A stretch of 64,000 nt of DNA, from positions 2,106 to 66,105 of the forward strand of contig JBBQHZ010000003.1 of NCBI GenBank assembly GCA_038324445.1, given 5' to 3'. The DNA comes from Rhodobacterales bacterium (GTDB taxonomy: Bacteria > Pseudomonadota > Alphaproteobacteria > Rhodobacterales > Rhodobacteraceae). Positions 57,728 through 64,000 of the stretch are shown here, in pieces. The translations under genes and the position numbers were made by a program. The notes below the pieces were generated by a model. That model was not told the DNA's origin, did not search any database, and saw nothing but the letters and a program-made list of their open reading frames with translations. The stretch's first letter is position 1; every line of letters starts with the position of its first letter.

Positions 57728-58654
57728 TGAACGCCCCTTGCCGCTTTGCCACCCACAGGTAGACCGCCATCAAAACGATCGGCACCACGGCAAAGGCAGC
57801 CGCCAGGGGGATGTTCCCGGCGGTGCCCTGATAGGCATAGACCGCCTGCCCGATGAAGCGGCGCGACGAGCCGATGATCTGCGGAATGATGTAGTCGCCC
57901 AAGGTCAGCGAGAAGGTGAAGATCGACCCGGCGATCACCCCCGGCAGCGACAGAGGTAACAGCACGTGGCGGAAGGTCTGCATCGGACGCGCCCCCAGAT
58001 CGCCCGATGCCTCCAGCATCGAATGCGGCACCCGTTCAAGCGAGGCCTGAATTGGCAGGATCATGAACGGCAGCCAGACATAGAGGAACACCAGAAACGT
58101 CCCGGTATAGCTGACCGACAGGGAATTGCCGCCCACCACCGGCAGCGACAGGTAGGCGTCCAAGAGCCAGCCAAGGTGCAGGACCTCGAACAGCCAGTTC
58201 AGGATCCCCTCATGGGCTAGGATCAGTTTCCATGAATAGACCTTGACCAGATAGCTCGACCACAGGGGCAGCATCACGCCCAGATAGAACACCGCCTTCC
58301 ACTTTCCGCGGGCATATCTGGCGGCGTAATACGCCACCGGAAAGCCGATGATCGCCGATCCGATGGTGACAAGCGCGGCCATCACCACGGTGCGGATGAT
58401 GATGTCGAAATTCGAGGGGCGGAAGAGTTCGAGATAGGTCTTGAGGGTCCATTCGTACTGGATGACGCCCGAGAACTCGTCGATGGAGAAAAAGCTTTGC
58501 GCCAGAAGCGCGAACAACGATCCCAGATAGATCACGCCAAGCCATAAAGCGGGCGGCAATATCAGAAGGAAGATCAACAGCTTGGGGTGGCGCCATAGCG
58601 CATCCGATAACCGCACCAGCGGGCTGTTGGAGCGCTCGGTGGCGGCCTGATTGC

Positions 58655-58658
<4 letters not shown>
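57717..58658 (-). CDS. Polyamine-type ABC permease (YdcU/PotB-like)
   Basis: [25 protein letters not shown]. Confidence 0.9.
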
Positions 58659-59638
<980 letters not shown>

Positions 59639-59700
59639 GGGGTTTCCAGGTTGAGGCCCGCCGCCCCTAAACCGGGGCAGCGGGATTGGCTCGGGCGAGG

Positions 59701-60861
59701 TTACCGGCCGCCAATGACACCGATATAGTCGGACACCCAGCGATAGTAGGGCACGCACTGTCCCTGGCTTTCGCAGTCCGATGTCGGCGTGGTCCAGAAG
59801 CGGATCCGCTCGAAATCATCCAGACCGTTGAGGGTGCATCCCTCGGCGGTCTGCATGCCGCGGCCATCGGTGCAGGCGGCGGGAACGGCGGGGTTGGCGC
59901 CAAACCAGACCGAGAGGTCGGATTGCAGGTTGGAGGCCAGTGAATGCTCCATCCACATGTAGCTGCAATTGGGGTTTTCGGCATCGACATGCATCATCGT
60001 GCTGTCGGCCCAACCCGTCGCGCCTTCTTGCGGGATGGTGGAGGCCACCGGCACGCCCGCAGCCTGCAACAGGTTCACCTGGAATGGCCAGGTGCCCGAG
60101 GCCGCCATGCCTTCGTTGGTGAAATCATCGATCTGGATGAAGGCATCGTGCCAGTAGCGGCTGACGATCGTCCGCTGCTCACGCAACAGGTCCAGTGCTG
60201 CAGCATATTGCTCGTCGTTCAACTCGAAGGGCGAGGTGATGCCCAGTTCCGGTTGGTGGAACATCAGGAAGTTGGCGGCATCCGCGATGTGGATCGGGCC
60301 GTCATAGGCCTGAACCCGGCCTTGGTTCGGCTGCCCGTCCGGCAGGTCCATGGCGCGGAACACGACGTCCCAGCTGGTCGGCGGCTCGGGGAAGACTTCC
60401 GTCGAATACACCAACACGTTCGGCCCCCACATGTAGGGAACGCCGTAATGGACGCCATCGACATAGTGCCAGGGCGCTTCCTGCAGGCGCGGATCGACGG
60501 TGGACCAGCTTGGGATCAGGTCGATGTTGATCGGCTGCACCCGCTCGCCCGCGACCATGCGAAGTGATGCGTCTCCCGATGCGGTCACGAGATCGAAACC
60601 GCCTTCGTTCATCAGCGCGACCATTTCGTCGCTGGTGTTGGCGGTCTGCACGTTAACCATGCAGCCGGTGGCTTCCTCGAACCCGGTGATCCAGTCGAAT
60701 TCAGGTGCGGTTTCGCCGCGCTCCAGATAGCCCGGCCAGGCGAGGATATTCACCTGCCCCTCAGCCGCACCGATTTCGGTCACCATGGTCTGCGCCACAG
60801 CCTGACCCGCAATCATACAGCCCAGCAGCAGGCTCGTGCTTGATTTCAAGACACTCTTCAT
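59701..60861 (-). CDS. Polyamine-type ABC substrate-binding protein (YdcS-like)
   Basis: AWPGY, TASGDASLR, RYWHD, GATGWAD. Confidence 0.9.
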   Translation of the reverse strand: MKSVLKSSTSLLLGCMIAGQAVAQTMVTEIGAAEGQVNILAWPGYLERGETAPEFDWITGFEEATGCMVNVQTANTSDEMVALMNEGGFDLVTASGDASLRMVAGERVQPINIDLIPSWSTVDPRLQEAPWHYVDGVHYGVPYMWGPNVLVYSTEVFPEPPTSWDVVFRAMDLPDGQPNQGRVQAYDGPIHIADAANFLMFHQPELGITSPFELNDEQYAAALDLLREQRTIVSRYWHDAFIQIDDFTNEGMAASGTWPFQVNLLQAAGVPVASTIPQEGATGWADSTMMHVDAENPNCSYMWMEHSLASNLQSDLSVWFGANPAVPAACTDGRGMQTAEGCTLNGLDDFERIRFWTTPTSDCESQGQCVPYYRWVSDYIGVIGGR

Positions 60862-60941
60862 TGGCAGTCTCCCCATTGAACAAGATTTGACGTGACATGT
60901 TCTTGCGCAAAATCCTGCGGCAGGCCTGCTGCGTTCGCAAA

Positions 60942-60977
60942 TTCAATTATCAGAATTGAAGTATCAGCTTTTCCGAT
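60942..60977. promoter_or_regulatory. Candidate operators for the ABC-patD operon
   Basis: TTCAATT-atcag-AATTGAA (60942-60960) adjacent to an LTTR-type ATC-N9-GAT box (60963-60977). Confidence 0.5.
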
Positions 60978-60987
60978 ACCCGATCGC

Positions 60988-61896
60988 TCAGGTCTGAGAA
61001 ATCATCGTGTGCGCCTGCGCCACCGCCACGAATTCCCGCGCTGCACGCGATAGCTGCGAGCCTTTGCGCCACACCAACCCTACCTGCACAACGGGCAGCG
61101 AGCCGGAAACATCGCGCGCCTCGATCCGGTCGCCTTCCAGCGACCATGGCCGATAGACCAGATCCGGCAGCAAGGCGACGCCCGCCCCCGTCGCCACCAG
61201 CGAGCGCACGGCCTCGACCGAACGGGTGCGGAACGCCACCTTCGGCCTTGTGCCCAGAACAGACAAAAGCTTGACCGTCTCCTGCTCCATTTCGTCGATG
61301 TTCAGGATGATCAGCGGCTCATCCTTCAGGTCCGACAGGCTGATGCTGTCCTGACTGGCCAGAGGGTGCCCGATGGGCATCCACAATCGGTAAGGCGAAA
61401 CCTCCAGCGTCTCGGCATGCAGCGCGTGGCGTTCGGGCATGCGCGAGGTGATCATGACGGCCACGTCCATCTCCCCCCCGATCAGCAGATGTTCCAGATA
61501 TTCACCCGTCTCCTCGATGGCGGTGATCTGCACCTTGGGGTTGGCGCGGCGATACTTGGCCAGAAGGTCCGAAATGACATAACCCGCGACGAGCGAGGTC
61601 AGCCCCAGATGCAGCGTGCCTTCGGTATCGCGCCCATCCTCGTCAAAGGCGCGGCGCGCGCCGGACACTTCCATCAGGATGGTTGTCGCATGGCGCAGAA
61701 ATTGATGGCCCTGATGCGTGATTCGCACTCCCCGCGAGTAGCGCTCGAAGAGCCTTACCCCAAGGTCAGCTTCCAGATCCTTGAGGGCTTCGGTGACGGA
61801 ACTTTGCGAAATCGACAGCGACTGCGCGGCAGCGCTGACCGATCCATGCTCGGCCGCCGCAACGAAATAGGTCAACTGGCGAATGGTGAATGCCAC
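60988..61896 (-). CDS. LysR-family transcriptional regulator
   Basis: N-terminal HTH (RQLTYF..SVSAAA..ISQSSVT..LGVRLFER), LysR substrate domain; GTG start. Confidence 0.93.
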   Translation of the reverse strand: MAFTIRQLTYFVAAAEHGSVSAAAQSLSISQSSVTEALKDLEADLGVRLFERYSRGVRITHQGHQFLRHATTILMEVSGARRAFDEDGRDTEGTLHLGLTSLVAGYVISDLLAKYRRANPKVQITAIEETGEYLEHLLIGGEMDVAVMITSRMPERHALHAETLEVSPYRLWMPIGHPLASQDSISLSDLKDEPLIILNIDEMEQETVKLLSVLGTRPKVAFRTRSVEAVRSLVATGAGVALLPDLVYRPWSLEGDRIEARDVSGSLPVVQVGLVWRKGSQLSRAAREFVAVAQAHTMISQT

Positions 61897-62163
61897 GTAT
61901 CCGGCCTTGCAGGTTGGGGCTTTGGGGAAGCCTAGGGATCAACCTGCGCATTCTCAAGCCGTCACGGATCGGACCGCGATGGATCAGGTGCAAAGTCGGC
62001 ACTGGTCAAGATCGGCAAACACCACCGCACAGAATCGGTTGTTTGGCCCACGCGAGTTCCTTGCGTCCGTCCCCTCAGACAAGCCCTTGCCTGACCACCC
62101 AGCCCTGACTAACATGCTAGCATTAACGCTGGTGTGAAACTGGCGTCTTCAGCGGGGGTCAAC

Positions 62164-63462
62164 ATGTCGGCGCGCATCACCCATGTCACAACCCATGACG
62201 TCCGTTTCCCCACCAGCCGTACGCTGGACGGCTCGGACGCGATGAACCAGGCCCCTGATTATTCAGCCGCCTATGTGGTCTTGCACGTCGATCATGGCCC
62301 CGACGGCCATGGCATGACCTTCACTATCGGTCGCGGGACCGAAATCTGTTGCGTGGCCATCGAGGCGTTGGGGGCACTTTTGGTGGGGCGGGAGGTCGAA
62401 GGGCTTTTCGCCGATATGGGCGCGACTTGGAAATTGGTCACAGGCGACAGCCAATTGCGTTGGACCGGTCCCGAAAAAGGTGTGATCCATCTGGCCACGG
62501 CAGCGGTCATGAACGCGGTCTGGGACATGTATGGCAAACATGTGGGCCGCCCCGTCTGGCGGGTGCTGGCCGACATGTCGCCTGCCGAGATGGTGGCGCT
62601 GGTCAATTGGCGCTACCTGGCCGACGCCTTGCCGCCCGCCGAGGCGCTGGAACGGTTGCAGGAAAAGGCACCGGGCCGCGCCGCGCGCATGGCCGAGATG
62701 GAGGCCAAAGGGTATCCGGCCTATACGACGTCGGCGGGGTGGCTGGGCTATTCCGACGACAAGATTAAGGCGTTGATGCGGGCCGCGATGGCAGATGGCT
62801 GGACCCATTTCAAGATGAAGGTCGGATCGAATATCGACGACGACATCCGCCGCGCCGCGATCATCCGGGGCGAAATCGGGCCGGATCGGTTCTTGATGAT
62901 GGACGCCAATCAGGTCTGGGGCGTGGAAGAGGCCATTGCCAACATGGCCCGGCTGGCCATGTTCAACCCGTGGTGGATCGAAGAGCCGACCAGCCCCGAC
63001 GACATTCTGGGCCATGCCCGCATCGCGCGCGAAGTGGCCCCCATCAAAGTCGCCACCGGCGAGCATTGCCACAACGCGGTGATGTTCAAGCAACTGCTGC
63101 AGGCGAACGCGATCAGCTTTTGTCAGGTGGACAGCTGTCGCCTGGCGGGACCGAACGAGATTCTCGCGGTGATGCTGATGGCCGACAAATTCGGCGTGCC
63201 GGTCTGCCCCCATGCGGGCGGCGTGGGCTTGTGCGAGTTGATCCAGCACATGAGTTTCGTCGATTACATCGCCGTGTCGGGCAGCCTTGAAAACCGAGTG
63301 CTCGAATTCGTCGATCACCTGCATGAGCATTTCGTCGACCCGGTCCGCACCCTCAACGGTCGCTACCTGCCGCCCGAAATGCCGGGCTTTTCGGTGGAGA
63401 TGAAGCCCGACAGCATCGCGCGCCACACCTTCCCCGGCGGCGCGGAGTGGCAAGCGAGGTAG
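62164..63462 (+). CDS. fucD: L-fuconate dehydratase (enolase superfamily)
   Basis: DGSDAMN, FTIGRG, FKMKVG, MDAN, IEEP, TGEH, PHAGG. Confidence 0.85.
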   Translation: MSARITHVTTHDVRFPTSRTLDGSDAMNQAPDYSAAYVVLHVDHGPDGHGMTFTIGRGTEICCVAIEALGALLVGREVEGLFADMGATWKLVTGDSQLRWTGPEKGVIHLATAAVMNAVWDMYGKHVGRPVWRVLADMSPAEMVALVNWRYLADALPPAEALERLQEKAPGRAARMAEMEAKGYPAYTTSAGWLGYSDDKIKALMRAAMADGWTHFKMKVGSNIDDDIRRAAIIRGEIGPDRFLMMDANQVWGVEEAIANMARLAMFNPWWIEEPTSPDDILGHARIAREVAPIKVATGEHCHNAVMFKQLLQANAISFCQVDSCRLAGPNEILAVMLMADKFGVPVCPHAGGVGLCELIQHMSFVDYIAVSGSLENRVLEFVDHLHEHFVDPVRTLNGRYLPPEMPGFSVEMKPDSIARHTFPGGAEWQAR

Positions 63463-63527
63463 TCACCCCGCCCCACCCGTCCGTCCGCCCATCCGACCGG
63501 GACGGGCGGAGGATTTCTGCCAGTCCC

Positions 63528-64000
63528 TCAGGCGTTCCACGCCACCGTGCGCTGCCGCTGTGTTCCAAGCCCCTCGATGGCCAGTTCCATCACCTGCCCT
63601 TCGTGCAGGTAGACCTGCGGCTTTTGCCCCATCCCAACCCCCGGCGGCGTTCCTGTCGAGATGATGTCGCCGGGCTGCAGGCTCATGAACTGGCTGATGT
63701 AATGCACCAGATGCTGCACCCCGTAGACCATCGTTCGGGTGGAGCCGTCCTGATAGCGGTGTCCATCGACTTCCAGCCACATCGCCAGATCCTGCGGGTC
63801 GGGCACCTCGTCCCTTGTCACCAGCCACGGGCCGGTGGGGCCGAAGGTGTCAGCGGATTTTCCCTTCACCCACTGCCCCGATCGTTCAATCTGAAAGGCG
63901 CGCTCTGACATGTCGTTGATGATGCAATACCCCGCCACGTGGTCCATGGCGTCCGCCTCGTCCACGTAGCGCGCCTCGCGTCCGATCACGACGCCCAACT
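63528..64000 (-). CDS. Fumarylacetoacetate-hydrolase family protein, 3' part
   Basis: INDMSER, QWVKGKS, PGDIISTGTPPGVG. Confidence 0.9.
   Translation of the reverse strand, partial: LGVVIGREARYVDEADAMDHVAGYCIINDMSERAFQIERSGQWVKGKSADTFGPTGPWLVTRDEVPDPQDLAMWLEVDGHRYQDGSTRTMVYGVQHLVHYISQFMSLQPGDIISTGTPPGVGMGQKPQVYLHEGQVMELAIEGLGTQRQRTVAWNA

Noticed and set aside
55364-57730. 788-aa plus-strand ORF
   Set aside because: Antisense shadow of patD and the permease

Overview
GC-rich alphaproteobacterial chromosome segment, probably Rhodobacterales (inferred from cob/blu gene order and protein content). I saw no rRNA, tRNA, IS, integrase, prophage or CRISPR array. Five blocks. (1) 1-12.6 kb: divergent nucleobase/nucleoside-salvage locus. 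Leftward: nucleoside hydrolase, adenine deaminase-family enzyme, PotD-type ABC transporter. Rightward: CodA-family deaminase, BMP-type ABC transporter, amidase. All three nucleobase enzymes carry non-canonical active-site motifs, and the leftward operon has a long structured leader. (2) 12.7-28.6 kb: a 13-gene orphan catabolic operon (CUT2 sugar-type ABC with a fused ATPase-permease, several dehydrogenases, PRISE-type enone reductase, YciI, intradiol dioxygenase, PanE-like, ABM, VOC). It has no kinase, aldolase or maleylacetate reductase, and lies divergent from a winged-helix/solute-binding fusion protein across a strong palindrome. This is the best candidate for an undescribed system. (3) 28.7-30.9 kb: kbl-tdh. 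(4) 31.2-55.3 kb: near-complete aerobic cobalamin cluster with cbtBA, two cobalamin riboswitches, two DUF1636-like genes and an antisense-embedded cobK. (5) 55.5-64 kb: LysR, ydcSTUV-like ABC, patD, then L-fuconate dehydratase and a partial FAA-hydrolase gene. Start codons were re-picked by eye. Family calls come from motif recognition, not database searches.
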